Shown: positions 51,365 through 59,934 of the stretch, piece by piece
Numbering within the stretch: position 1 is the stretch's first letter
Layout of the letters: each line of letters opens with the position of its first letter
Sequence record: OR228459.1
Length of the DNA stretch: 64,000 bases
Reading direction: 5' to 3' (one strand)
Program-made: the position numbers and the translations under genes
The notes under the pieces: model-generated
Database searches by the model: none
What the model was told of the DNA's origin: nothing
Seen by the model: only the letters and a program-made list of their open reading frames with translations

Positions 51365-51906
51365 TGGTAAAAGATATTCAACAACTAATTTCTCAGATTG
51401 AAGAATTCCTTAGTGATAAAGAAGGATTCAGTACTGAAGTAACAAATAATAAATGTGTAATTAAGATTACCAATCCCGGTGATCGTGAAGTTCAATATGA
51501 TGGTTATGAACTACTACTTTACACACTAGGTACACGTAAACTTGGAAGTGATATTGAACTAAATATTCATGACACTGAAGATGGTAAGGTATTTGCAATT
51601 AATACTGAAGCTAAACTTGACCTACGTCAATATATGGCTGATGTGAATGCTGAACTATGCACAATTGATGATGAAGACGTACAAAGTATTGTTGTATGTG
51701 ATCAAACTGCGGAAGTTCCCCATCCTTATTGTGTACTAACGATTTTCAAAAACGGGAATTGGCTACGTCAAGACTTGACTATGGCAGAACTACTTTATGC
51801 AGCAACGCATGAACTTGTCGTTGAGAAAGTTGATGGTGCGTATGTTTATCCTAAACTACGTGAGCTAGCAAATCGTGTGATTTCCGAAGTCCAAGAAAAT
51901 AAATAA
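51364..51906 (+). CDS. hypothetical protein
   Basis: 180-aa coupled ORF. Confidence 0.7.
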   Translation: MVKDIQQLISQIEEFLSDKEGFSTEVTNNKCVIKITNPGDREVQYDGYELLLYTLGTRKLGSDIELNIHDTEDGKVFAINTEAKLDLRQYMADVNAELCTIDDEDVQSIVVCDQTAEVPHPYCVLTIFKNGNWLRQDLTMAELLYAATHELVVEKVDGAYVYPKLRELANRVISEVQENK

Positions 51907-51913
51907 AAAAAAC

Positions 51914-51944
51914 TTGGGACAAATCACTGAAAATGTGATATAAT
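51914..51944 (+). promoter_or_regulatory. phage-specific GGGACA-class promoter upstream of tRNA-Thr
   Basis: TTGGGACAAA-N9-ATGTGA-TATAAT. Confidence 0.85.
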
Positions 51945-51992
51945 ATAATTATGATAAGGAACGTGTTTGTGTTATTATCCTTATCATTTTCT

Positions 51993-52068
51993 GCTGCAAT
52001 AGCTCAGTAGGTAGAGCAACTCACTTGTAATGAGAAGGTCGCGGGTTCGATTCCTGCTTGCAGCACCA
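51993..52068 (+). tRNA. tRNA-Thr (UGU)
   Basis: GCTGCAA/TTGCAGC acceptor, CTCA-CTTGTAA-TGAG, GCGGG-TTCGATT-CCTGC, ACCA. Confidence 0.95.
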
Positions 52069-52132
52069 ATATCCAGCGTTGTTTAGTTTTTTCTCCTTTT
52101 TAGGCTAAACAACATTCCCTTTAATTTTGTTA

Positions 52133-52161
52133 TTGACTTTTGCCCGAACATGTGTTACAAT
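52133..52161 (+). promoter_or_regulatory. sigma70-like promoter
   Basis: TTGACT-N17-TACAAT with extended TG. Confidence 0.7.
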
Positions 52162-52188
52162 ATGAACGGGCTTTCTTTTGGAGAAAAA

Positions 52189-52374
52189 ATGTCAAATATG
52201 ATGAAGAAGTGGCTTGTAGGATTCTGTATTGTTCTTTACGTCCTACTCGTAATGTTTAACGTAGTACCCGGAATGATATCGGCTCCCGATACTCTCCAAA
52301 ACGTGCTCGGAAGTGCAATCTTTGTATTCAGTTTCCCAGCAATCTATGTAATTATCAAGAAGGTATTCAAATAA
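52189..52374 (+). CDS. small two-TM membrane protein
   Basis: GGAG SD before ATG 52189; two hydrophobic helices. Confidence 0.7.
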   Translation: MSNMMKKWLVGFCIVLYVLLVMFNVVPGMISAPDTLQNVLGSAIFVFSFPAIYVIIKKVFK

Positions 52375-53213
52375 TGTTCAAGAAAATTCTACTAGCAGTT
52401 GGTCTTATGGTTGGTGCACTAACCCTATCAGGTTGTGACCGTGTTGAACCGGGTTTTGTTGGTATTAAAGTCAACAAACTAGGTGATGATAAAGGTGTTG
52501 GTGAAGTTGTTGGTGTGGGCCGTGTATGGACTGGTATTAATACTGACCTATACGTTTTCCCAATGTTCAAACAAATGAAATCATATGATGATGTGTTTAC
52601 TTTCCAAATGCGTGACGGTACTACAATCGGTTATCATATTGGCGTTTCCTATAAAGTTGACCCAACTAAAGTTAAAACTGTTTTCCAAACGTATCGTAAA
52701 GGTGTAGATGATATTACCGATACTGACCTACGTATGAAAATCAGTGATTCACTAACTAGCCTAGCTAGTAAAATGACTACTGACCAATTTATCGACGGTG
52801 GTAAAGCTGCACTACTAGACGATGCACTAAAAGCTCTACAAGCTGAAATGAATCCAATTGGTATTCAAATCATGAGTCTATCTTGGATTGGTAAACCAGA
52901 GTATCCACCAAGTGTTATTGATTCTATCAATGCTAAAGTAACGGCTAACCAGAAAACGCTACAACGTCAGCAAGAAGTACAGCAACGTGAAGCGGAAGCT
53001 AACATGAAACGTGCTGAAGCAGCAGGTGAAGCAGATGCTAAACTACGTCTAGCACAAGCGGAAGCTAAGAGTATCGAGATTCTAGGTGAAGCACTACGCC
53101 GCAACCCAGATGTTAAAGAACTTAAAGCTATTGAGAAGTGGGATGGTAAGCTACCCGGTATGATGGGTTCCCAAGCTGTGCCATTTGTACAAATTCCAAA
53201 TTCTGCTAATTAA
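52374..53213 (+). CDS. SPFH/Band 7 (prohibitin-like) lipoprotein
   Basis: Lipobox LSGC, RVEPGFVGIKV, coiled coil QQREAEAN...AEA, IEKWDGKLP. Confidence 0.9.
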   Translation: MFKKILLAVGLMVGALTLSGCDRVEPGFVGIKVNKLGDDKGVGEVVGVGRVWTGINTDLYVFPMFKQMKSYDDVFTFQMRDGTTIGYHIGVSYKVDPTKVKTVFQTYRKGVDDITDTDLRMKISDSLTSLASKMTTDQFIDGGKAALLDDALKALQAEMNPIGIQIMSLSWIGKPEYPPSVIDSINAKVTANQKTLQRQQEVQQREAEANMKRAEAAGEADAKLRLAQAEAKSIEILGEALRRNPDVKELKAIEKWDGKLPGMMGSQAVPFVQIPNSAN

Positions 53214-53229
53214 CAATTTGTGAATTCCT

Positions 53230-53260
53230 AAGCTCCTTCAGATGAAGGGGCTTTTATTTT
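53230..53260 (+). terminator. Rho-independent terminator
   Basis: AAGCTCCTTCA-ga-TGAAGGGGCTT then TTATTTT. Confidence 0.8.
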
Positions 53261-53279
53261 ACCCATAGGAAATAACCTT

Positions 53280-53672
53280 ATGTTTGATGTGGAAAATTTT
53301 ATTAGTTCTCTTGAAGTTTTTGCTAGTCAAGAATCAATCAATTATACTATGATGAAAAAGAGTTTTGATTGTACTAAACATCTAGAAATTGATTCTTTCT
53401 CATCTAAAATGAAAATACGAATTAAAAAAAATGATCCAGAACTAGAGTATGAGTTGATCTATGACCCAGATATGGATTGGATTATATATGGATGTAGAAA
53501 AACACGATATATTTCCATTTATGGGGATTCAAGAAATATAGTATGTAGAAAATATTTTAAACAGATTAGTACTAAACATTATGAATATGTTCCACCTGCG
53601 ATCATAGAACTAATCAAACAACTTCATGAGCATATTATTATTTCAATTAAACTTAGGGAAAGAAATGGATAA
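53280..53672 (+). CDS. hypothetical protein
   Basis: 130-aa ORF. Confidence 0.6.
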   Translation: MFDVENFISSLEVFASQESINYTMMKKSFDCTKHLEIDSFSSKMKIRIKKNDPELEYELIYDPDMDWIIYGCRKTRYISIYGDSRNIVCRKYFKQISTKHYEYVPPAIIELIKQLHEHIIISIKLRERNG

Positions 53673-54090
53673 ATTTAAACAATATACAATACAACTATAT
53701 AATAACTGTACAGAATTAATAGCCGATGTTCATCGCGGTCGTCGTAAATTTAGAAATATTTACGAATCAACACAAAAAGTGATCTTTGAAGACTTAGCTA
53801 TGCGTACAGTGCAATTATCATCTAACGAGTTAGTACTTAAGTTTGAAAATATCTCAATATATTTCAGGGATAATATCATTCAGTTTTGTCTTAATCAGAT
53901 TTCTTATGTTCATGATGTAATATACATACCGAACAACAAAGATTTTTCTTTTTATGAAATTTATAGCGAATGTGATCTATTTCAGTTAAGTACAGTAGTG
54001 GATACTAAATTAATCCGTTTCGAAGATATTGATTTATTGAATCGCATCAAATCATATTTTGAATACCGCCATTTAGAAAATAATATTTGA
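53665..54090 (+). CDS. hypothetical protein, FQxST paralogue family
   Basis: SECDLFQLSTVVD; start at ATG 53665. Confidence 0.65.
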   Translation: MDKFKQYTIQLYNNCTELIADVHRGRRKFRNIYESTQKVIFEDLAMRTVQLSSNELVLKFENISIYFRDNIIQFCLNQISYVHDVIYIPNNKDFSFYEIYSECDLFQLSTVVDTKLIRFEDIDLLNRIKSYFEYRHLENNI

Positions 54091-54115
54091 TTATACCCGG
54101 CACATATGCTATAGT
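54087..54115 (+). promoter_or_regulatory. sigma70-like promoter
   Basis: TTGATT-N17-TATAGT with extended TG. Confidence 0.55.
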
Positions 54116-54136
54116 GTATGAAAAAAGGAGATATGT

Positions 54137-54595
54137 ATGAATATGCAAGAATACATGAAGTTGTTTACTGACGTTGATTTTTCAGCGTGGACAATATTGA
54201 GAAATCGCAATAATAATATTATTTGGCTAAATCAGAATATTGATGGTTTAAAAATTCATATCAACCTCGCTAATGAACCGAGTGTCCGTTTTTATCAATT
54301 TAAAAAAGATGAAAAGAATGTCAGTACTGAACGTATGACAATAACAAACAACTATATCAGATTTGAGGAAATGGTTGTTCACTATAATGAAGAAACTAAA
54401 AAACACACTAGTGAAGAAAACATTATTGCATACGTACCTAAGTACAAAGAAATATTTTCAGAAGAACAATTCTTCCAAGAAAGTCTAGTTAATGATTATG
54501 GTGATTTGGGATATAACGACATTCTAGTATTATCAGATCTAAGAGACCGTGCGGTTGATATTGCTAAGAAGGAATTAGAAAATGTCGGAGCATGA
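54137..54595 (+). CDS. hypothetical protein, FQxST paralogue family
   Basis: SEEQFFQESLVNDYGDL. Confidence 0.7.
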   Translation: MNMQEYMKLFTDVDFSAWTILRNRNNNIIWLNQNIDGLKIHINLANEPSVRFYQFKKDEKNVSTERMTITNNYIRFEEMVVHYNEETKKHTSEENIIAYVPKYKEIFSEEQFFQESLVNDYGDLGYNDILVLSDLRDRAVDIAKKELENVGA

Positions 54596-55130
54596 TATTA
54601 TCAAAATGATTCCTAGTACTGCTAAAACTCTTCTCCGTAATATTTCATTCAAGAAGATGAAACGTACTACCCGTCAAAAAGGCCGTTATTATTATCGTGG
54701 GAAACTATATGATTGTTTACGTGTAATTATTGATGTAAATGAACACACGATTAAGTTTGCTCGTGAGTTGAAAGTTGGTTATGGTATGCGTAATGAATCA
54801 TTGACATATGATTATAAGAATGGTACAGTACTAAAATACTTTCATGAACCATCAGCCTATGATGCTGATTATAATAAAGTACAATACCCTTTTATTGATG
54901 ATGAAGCCATGCATTTTATGGAAAGCACAATGCAAGATAAGTACTTTCCAACGGTAGAAGACTTTGCTAAAATAAAAGAACTTAAAGAACATTTTTATGA
55001 GGATGCAAAAGCATGGGAGAACGAACTTTACCAGAAAGAACAGGAACGACGAAAGAAGAGTTGGAACGAATGGCAAGCCAAATTAAAAGTAACCCAGAAG
55101 AAATCATCGGGAAAGCATACATCCTTCTAA
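54582..55130 (+). CDS. hypothetical protein, probable FQxST paralogue
   Basis: DDEAMHFMESTMQD. Confidence 0.65.
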   Translation: MSEHDIIKMIPSTAKTLLRNISFKKMKRTTRQKGRYYYRGKLYDCLRVIIDVNEHTIKFARELKVGYGMRNESLTYDYKNGTVLKYFHEPSAYDADYNKVQYPFIDDEAMHFMESTMQDKYFPTVEDFAKIKELKEHFYEDAKAWENELYQKEQERRKKSWNEWQAKLKVTQKKSSGKHTSF

Positions 55131-55459
55131 GGAAAGATTTGGAAATGCCTGAAGGTAAACTTGCTGCTCAAGCTGGACACGCTATGGATCTGCTATGGGA
55201 TTATATGCGTACTGACGCCAGTGATGAAGAAATTGAAGAGTTTGATAAATGGCATGATTCAGGTCGTCGTAAAATTATCTTGCGTTTAAAAGACGAAAGT
55301 GATATGATTAAGATTAATAATAAACTCATCGAAGAAGGGTTTAAACCGCATTTAATCTACGACTACGGAATCAACTTCTTTGATGGTTTGACATTCACTG
55401 GTTTAGTACTACTCAGTACTAAAGAAGTTAAAACTTTAAAACGTGTGAGGGTTTACTAA
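55070..55459 (+). CDS. peptidyl-tRNA hydrolase, Pth2 family
   Basis: YILLRKDLEMPEGKLAAQAGHA, RKIILR, DYG..F....TFTGL. Confidence 0.85.
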   Translation: MASQIKSNPEEIIGKAYILLRKDLEMPEGKLAAQAGHAMDLLWDYMRTDASDEEIEEFDKWHDSGRRKIILRLKDESDMIKINNKLIEEGFKPHLIYDYGINFFDGLTFTGLVLLSTKEVKTLKRVRVY

Positions 55460-55833
55460 TGAGACTTGAACGTCATGGCGGTTTTTTTATTGGGTTTCTT
55501 TTAGCAATTTGGGTAGTTGGTAACTTGGCACATTATGCAATTGATGTATTAGCACCAAATGAGGAATTGGTTAAAAAAGCTGAACGTGAAAACAAACAGT
55601 TTGAAACATTACGTAATGATAGTGGTTTGTACGCTGAAGTACTAGAGCTAATCAAAACATGTAATGTTAATGTTGAAGAAAAGACTGGTAATAAATTTTA
55701 TATTTGTCCTAATGGTGAAAAAATTACCCAAATTAATTGGGAACGCGATCAAAAGACACGTGTCGGTGTAGTAACACGCTATTATGATAATAAAGGTAAT
55801 TTACGTTTAATATACGGGCATCCAGACGATTAA
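55459..55833 (+). CDS. membrane-anchored hypothetical protein
   Basis: N-terminal TM, Cys pair. Confidence 0.7.
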   Translation: MRLERHGGFFIGFLLAIWVVGNLAHYAIDVLAPNEELVKKAERENKQFETLRNDSGLYAEVLELIKTCNVNVEEKTGNKFYICPNGEKITQINWERDQKTRVGVVTRYYDNKGNLRLIYGHPDD

Positions 55834-55842
55834 GGATAACAT

Positions 55843-56136
55843 ATGTTTAAAGAAATTAAACACAACACAAAAGAACACATTAGTGAAAATTTACTATATC
55901 ATCCAGCAGAAGTTATGGTCAAAACTACATCTGGTTATAAAGTACTACCACTATATGTACGGGAAAGCAATGGACATGTTTACGCAAAGAATGGTCAATT
56001 TTACATTGCACTTATGAAGCAAAGCATCACAAGCAACTCAAAAATTACATGGGTTGAGCTAGATGGGCTTGACGAAGTGTATGAAAAATGTTATCTTGTA
56101 TATAAATCTGACAAAGGCGAAGCAGTTAAGGAGTGA
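55843..56136 (+). CDS. hypothetical protein
   Basis: AGGA SD; 97 aa. Confidence 0.7.
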   Translation: MFKEIKHNTKEHISENLLYHPAEVMVKTTSGYKVLPLYVRESNGHVYAKNGQFYIALMKQSITSNSKITWVELDGLDEVYEKCYLVYKSDKGEAVKE

Positions 56137-56138
56137 GT

Positions 56139-56327
56139 ATGAAAAAGATTCAAAGTACTGAAAAGTACACGCTAAATTGCAATGAGCTTGATGAATTACT
56201 TCGTGAAAAACACTTTACAGACCTAGCACCAAATGCTAAAATAACCATCGAACCGGAATATGATTCGTATTATGATGCTAATGTTTTCCGTGGCCTTAAA
56301 ATCACAGTAGTAACCGAAGGAGAGTAA
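56139..56327 (+). CDS. hypothetical protein
   Basis: AAGGAG SD before ATG 56139. Confidence 0.65.
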   Translation: MKKIQSTEKYTLNCNELDELLREKHFTDLAPNAKITIEPEYDSYYDANVFRGLKITVVTEGE

Positions 56328-56329
56328 TA

Positions 56330-56581
56330 GTGGCTAACGTTGTTCGTGCTCGTAAAATGATAAGTGGTGATGATCTTCGTATTCTTAACAATTATCGTGC
56401 CATCTTCCAGAAACTTTGTGCTGGTGTTCATATGACAATTGTTACTGATACGGCACAAGAACCTGAAGCAGTGTTTGGTAACTATGCTAAAGTGTTCAAT
56501 ATGTATATCAAGCGTGGACAACTTGACCTTATTACAATTGCTGAAGCACCAGACGATTTAGAAAACTTTTTCTTCCTGTGA
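56330..56581 (+). CDS. hypothetical protein
   Basis: GTG start with GGAG SD. Confidence 0.65.
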   Translation: MANVVRARKMISGDDLRILNNYRAIFQKLCAGVHMTIVTDTAQEPEAVFGNYAKVFNMYIKRGQLDLITIAEAPDDLENFFFL

Positions 56582-56588
56582 GGATATT

Positions 56589-56654
56589 ATGAAAGAACCG
56601 TTAGACCGTGATGACGATTTCCTTGATGAACGTTATGGAGAAGATGATGAGTAA
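56589..56654 (+). CDS. 21-aa acidic micro-peptide not in ORF track (MKEPLDRDDDFLDERYGEDDE)
   Basis: GAGGA SD, ATG 56589, TAA 56652-56654 overlapping the next start. Confidence 0.55.
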   Translation: MKEPLDRDDDFLDERYGEDDE

Positions 56655-57135
56655 ATTACTAACCTTACCGGAAGTTCTGAAAGAATTTAATAATTACTTA
56701 GATTCTAACCCATCATTTGAAAAACATTCAAATGGTAACATTTCTGCTTTTTTGAAAAATAGTTCCATTTTTAAAGGATATGATGATATAGTTGAAGTGT
56801 TTGGGTGTGACAGATATATGCGTATTAAATTACGTAATCCAGAAATTCTAGTAGAATATCAATTAGATATGATGCCTTGGAGTAATGGATTTAATTTTAA
56901 ATGTTGGCACGATGGTTCTGATAGTGAATGTCCGTGGACACCAAAAACCAATCCAAATCGTTCGTCCTTCTATATTGAAACGGAAGAAGAATACTTTCAA
57001 TTGAGTACCTTAAAAAATCTCAAAGATTTAACATTGGAAACTATTACTTCAGTTAAAAAGTTACAAGATCGGTTATTTGAATATTACAACATTGTACCTG
57101 ATACCACAATTTATGGAGACAGTAATGGAAAATAA
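56647..57135 (+). CDS. hypothetical protein, FQxST paralogue family
   Basis: TEEEYFQLSTLKNLKDLTLETI. Confidence 0.7.
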   Translation: MSKLLTLPEVLKEFNNYLDSNPSFEKHSNGNISAFLKNSSIFKGYDDIVEVFGCDRYMRIKLRNPEILVEYQLDMMPWSNGFNFKCWHDGSDSECPWTPKTNPNRSSFYIETEEEYFQLSTLKNLKDLTLETITSVKKLQDRLFEYYNIVPDTTIYGDSNGK

Positions 57136-57508
57136 ACCGGAGTGGTTAAAAAAGGCACTGGAATATATTGATAGTTTAAGTCCAGAAGAACTTTATGAAA
57201 GTGTATATGGATTTAAAAAAGATGACTTTGAACAGTACTGTACGGATAAAACCTATGAGTTTGAAGCACAGTATGTGATAGATGCCATGAATAAACTTGG
57301 TGTTAAAGAAATTAATATTTATAATGGTGATATTCAGCCACCAAGTAACATGTTTTTCCATTACCTACGTGAGTTTGCTGAAAGTGGAACTGATTTGGAG
57401 TTCTGGAATGGTTGGGGTGCTGATACGCTAGATGTTCCCGGCTTCAACCTACGTTACCTTTGGGTCAATGGACAAGGTACAGAGCATTTCTTTCAGATAA
57501 TTGAATAG
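57125..57508 (+). CDS. hypothetical protein
   Basis: GGAG SD before ATG 57125. Confidence 0.7.
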   Translation: MENKPEWLKKALEYIDSLSPEELYESVYGFKKDDFEQYCTDKTYEFEAQYVIDAMNKLGVKEINIYNGDIQPPSNMFFHYLREFAESGTDLEFWNGWGADTLDVPGFNLRYLWVNGQGTEHFFQIIE

Positions 57509-57516
57509 GGGTTGAT

Positions 57517-57876
57517 ATGGAACTACACGATGAACATGTTATCGCTTATAGTATTGAAAAATTAAAACAAATGTTTGGTGGTAAAACCCCATATGAACAC
57601 AAACAGGATTCACTCTTTCGTCAATCTAAAGCGGAGAAAGAATTTTGGGATACCGAACCGACTGTAGGTGAACGTGTTCATTTCCGTAGTAAGAGTGTAG
57701 TGAATGATAGTGTATTTGAAGGGTATGGGGAAGTACTAAGTATTATTGTAAAAGACTATTTCACTCATTATGCACTTTATAGAATTAAAGCAGATCATGG
57801 TATGAATTATGAAGCGTACTTAAATGATCCAAATGACGTAGAACCAAAGGAGTTTATTAAACATGCCGAAAAATAA
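57517..57876 (+). CDS. hypothetical protein
   Basis: 119-aa ORF. Confidence 0.7.
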   Translation: MELHDEHVIAYSIEKLKQMFGGKTPYEHKQDSLFRQSKAEKEFWDTEPTVGERVHFRSKSVVNDSVFEGYGEVLSIIVKDYFTHYALYRIKADHGMNYEAYLNDPNDVEPKEFIKHAEK

Positions 57877-58072
57877 TGTATATTTTGTAGGGTACAACAC
57901 TCTTAATAAAGAAGTGTTTAAAGAAACCATGAATACATATCGTGCAGATACCGAAGATGCCATGCAAAAAGAATTTGGTTCAGATTGGAAAGAAGTACGT
58001 CCGTATCTAATTATTACAAAATGCAAGGTGGTAGTTGATGAGCAAAGTGAAGATAAAGGGAACAGTAACTGA
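57863..58072 (+). CDS. hypothetical protein
   Basis: AAGGAG SD; 69 aa. Confidence 0.65.
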   Translation: MPKNNVYFVGYNTLNKEVFKETMNTYRADTEDAMQKEFGSDWKEVRPYLIITKCKVVVDEQSEDKGNSN

Positions 58073-58370
58073 AGTTAAACCAGTAGAAATTGATATTTAT
58101 ATTGGAGAATTAGTTAAATCTGCTATTCCTCATATGACAATTGAAGATGTAGAAAAAGTATTACGCATCTTAGTTGAACAAAAATTTCGTGAAAATGATC
58201 CTACGATCCCAAAAGATGCAGAAATGAATCTTTATTTTAAATTGTGGGAAAAATATAGCTTCACCGATTATCATAAGAATGAAGATGTATATTCCACTGT
58301 TCGTAAATTTAACGAAGAAGAATTGCAGTACTTGATTGCTATTGAAGCTGTAATGTCTGTATTCAAATAA
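58038..58370 (+). CDS. hypothetical protein
   Basis: GGTGG SD before ATG 58038. Confidence 0.65.
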   Translation: MSKVKIKGTVTEVKPVEIDIYIGELVKSAIPHMTIEDVEKVLRILVEQKFRENDPTIPKDAEMNLYFKLWEKYSFTDYHKNEDVYSTVRKFNEEELQYLIAIEAVMSVFK

Positions 58371-58390
58371 TGCCGCTATGCGGCATTTTT
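58369..58390 (+). terminator. Rho-independent terminator
   Basis: TGCCGC-tat-GCGGCA then TTTTT. Confidence 0.8.
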
Positions 58391-58391
58391 C

Positions 58392-58422
58392 TTGGGACAA
58401 AATCAGGTTCATGTGATATAAT
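58392..58422 (+). promoter_or_regulatory. phage-specific GGGACA-class promoter upstream of the tRNA-like RNA
   Basis: TTGGGACAAA-N9-ATGTGA-TATAAT. Confidence 0.85.
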
Positions 58423-58431
58423 ATAATTATC

Positions 58432-58517
58432 GGGGCGTATCTCAACGAGCTTCTAACTCGTCTTTAATCGAGTAACTGGAGTATGCGGGTTCGAGTCCTG
58501 CCGCCATCGCCCAGCCA
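58432..58517 (+). ncRNA. non-canonical tRNA-like RNA (UCU anticodon-like loop, no D-arm)
   Basis: ACGAG-CTTCTAA-CTCGT stem-loop, canonical T-arm GCGGG-TTCGAGT-CCTGC, 3' GCCA; D-arm absent and acceptor irregular. Confidence 0.65.
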
Positions 58518-58533
58518 AACCGGTACTGAAGCC

Positions 58534-58776
58534 ATGCAAATAAAACGTGAACAAACGAATTTTGATGATGATAAGTTTAAGCTCGTGAAAATATCATTAT
58601 CTCATGATAATGATGTACTTGACAGGCGTGGTATGTGTGCTACAATGTACCCACTTTACGAGAAGTGTATTACATTAAAACTAAACTCAGCAGGTCTAGG
58701 ATTTACACTTAATGTTGATGAAGCCAATGACTTATTGACATTATTAACTACTGCCCTTAACGAATTCAAGGAGTAA
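58534..58776 (+). CDS. hypothetical protein
   Basis: ATG 58534 downstream of the RNA; the track's 58483 start lies inside the RNA. Confidence 0.6.
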   Translation: MQIKREQTNFDDDKFKLVKISLSHDNDVLDRRGMCATMYPLYEKCITLKLNSAGLGFTLNVDEANDLLTLLTTALNEFKE

Positions 58777-58779
58777 CCT

Positions 58780-58941
58780 ATGTTTAAACGTGTCCTAAAA
58801 TCTTTTATCACCCCATTCGAAGAAGCACTGAAAGCATGGGATGTTCGTACTGAACAGTCCATCAAAGCTGGTGGTACTACTCCGGTATATGATCGTTATG
58901 ACCCTGCTCACGGTCTTCATTCGGAGTCTAACCGTGACTAA
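58780..58941 (+). CDS. 53-aa hypothetical protein not in ORF track (MFKRVLKSFITPF...)
   Basis: AGGAG SD, ATG 58780, TAA 58939-58941. Confidence 0.65.
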   Translation: MFKRVLKSFITPFEEALKAWDVRTEQSIKAGGTTPVYDRYDPAHGLHSESNRD

Positions 58942-59131
58942 GGCTGAACTTATTGCACAACTAGAAGACTATCCCGATGATGCAATAATGGAAGTGGTTC
59001 AATGTGGGGAACACTATGACATTACGTGCGTTGTACCATATGATGATCATGGTGTTCCAATTCTTGAATTGGGTATCTATAAACCCAAAACAGTACCGGA
59101 ATCAACAAAGAGGACAAATAATGTCAATTAA
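58934..59131 (+). CDS. hypothetical protein
   Basis: GTG start (MTKAELIAQLEDYPDD) with GGAG SD. Confidence 0.65.
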   Translation: MTKAELIAQLEDYPDDAIMEVVQCGEHYDITCVVPYDDHGVPILELGIYKPKTVPESTKRTNNVN

Positions 59132-59261
59132 GATTGATCCAGAAACTGATAAAGCAGTAGACCCGCAAAGCATTGGGAAGGATATGTCTAAACGTGCTAT
59201 TCTTGCAGTAATTGCGGTATGTGTTTTTGTGGCTGTTTGGAAATTTATGAAATATATGTAA
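59121..59261 (+). CDS. small single-TM protein
   Basis: GAGG SD before ATG 59121; C-terminal hydrophobic helix. Confidence 0.65.
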   Translation: MSIKIDPETDKAVDPQSIGKDMSKRAILAVIAVCVFVAVWKFMKYM

Positions 59262-59267
59262 TTATGC

Positions 59268-59296
59268 TTGACAAGCATCCCTATTTCTAGTATTAT
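59268..59296 (+). promoter_or_regulatory. sigma70-like promoter
   Basis: TTGACA-N17-TATTAT. Confidence 0.7.
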
Positions 59297-59325
59297 ACTC
59301 ACATACACAAAAATGAGGTAATCAT

Positions 59326-59538
59326 ATGAAAGCTCAGATTCTATTTTCCATCGATGATGTTACTGGACAAAACAATAACGTTAATAAAAATATAATCAAT
59401 CATTTTTACAAAAATGCTGCTGGTATCGAAATGCGTACAAAAGTTGTAGTAAAGGACAATGTTATTAAACGTCTTCGTCCACGTGGAAAAGCATATTTCA
59501 ATATGTGGATTACTCAGGTTGACAAACACGGTCTTTAA
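59326..59538 (+). CDS. hypothetical protein
   Basis: GAGG SD; 70 aa. Confidence 0.65.
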   Translation: MKAQILFSIDDVTGQNNNVNKNIINHFYKNAAGIEMRTKVVVKDNVIKRLRPRGKAYFNMWITQVDKHGL

Positions 59539-59547
59539 TGGTATTAT
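59519..59547 (+). promoter_or_regulatory. sigma70-like promoter
   Basis: TTGACA-N17-TATTAT. Confidence 0.7.
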
Positions 59548-59586
59548 ACTCTCATCTTGTGATGAGAGTTTTTAAGAGGAAATATA

Positions 59587-59769
59587 ATGAAACGTTACAC
59601 TCCATTCTTGGAACTTTGTGATTATACTGGTGAACCTGATGCTAGTATGAAAGTACATCCTTTTGGGGATTGGGTGCGTTATGAGGGTCATCAACAGACA
59701 GTACTAGATCTTCAAAAAGCACAAGAACGTATCAAAGAATTGGAAGCTAAATTACAGGAGCATAAATAA
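59587..59769 (+). CDS. hypothetical protein
   Basis: GAGGA SD; 60 aa. Confidence 0.65.
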   Translation: MKRYTPFLELCDYTGEPDASMKVHPFGDWVRYEGHQQTVLDLQKAQERIKELEAKLQEHK

Positions 59770-59924
59770 TGGGTCTGGTATATTTCAGAGTACAATATTC
59801 GGTTGACGGCGAAATGCGTGATGAACGTATTGCTGGTATGAATAAATATGATGTAGCTGCAAATCTAGGTTCTAAGTACTACAAAGGTAACGAACTGGTA
59901 ATTTTCAATATCCAGCTAGCATAA
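59769..59924 (+). CDS. 51-aa hypothetical protein not in ORF track (MGLVYFRVQY...)
   Basis: AGGAG SD, TAATG coupling, TAA 59922-59924. Confidence 0.65.
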   Translation: MGLVYFRVQYSVDGEMRDERIAGMNKYDVAANLGSKYYKGNELVIFNIQLA

Positions 59925-59934
59925 ATAACAAATA

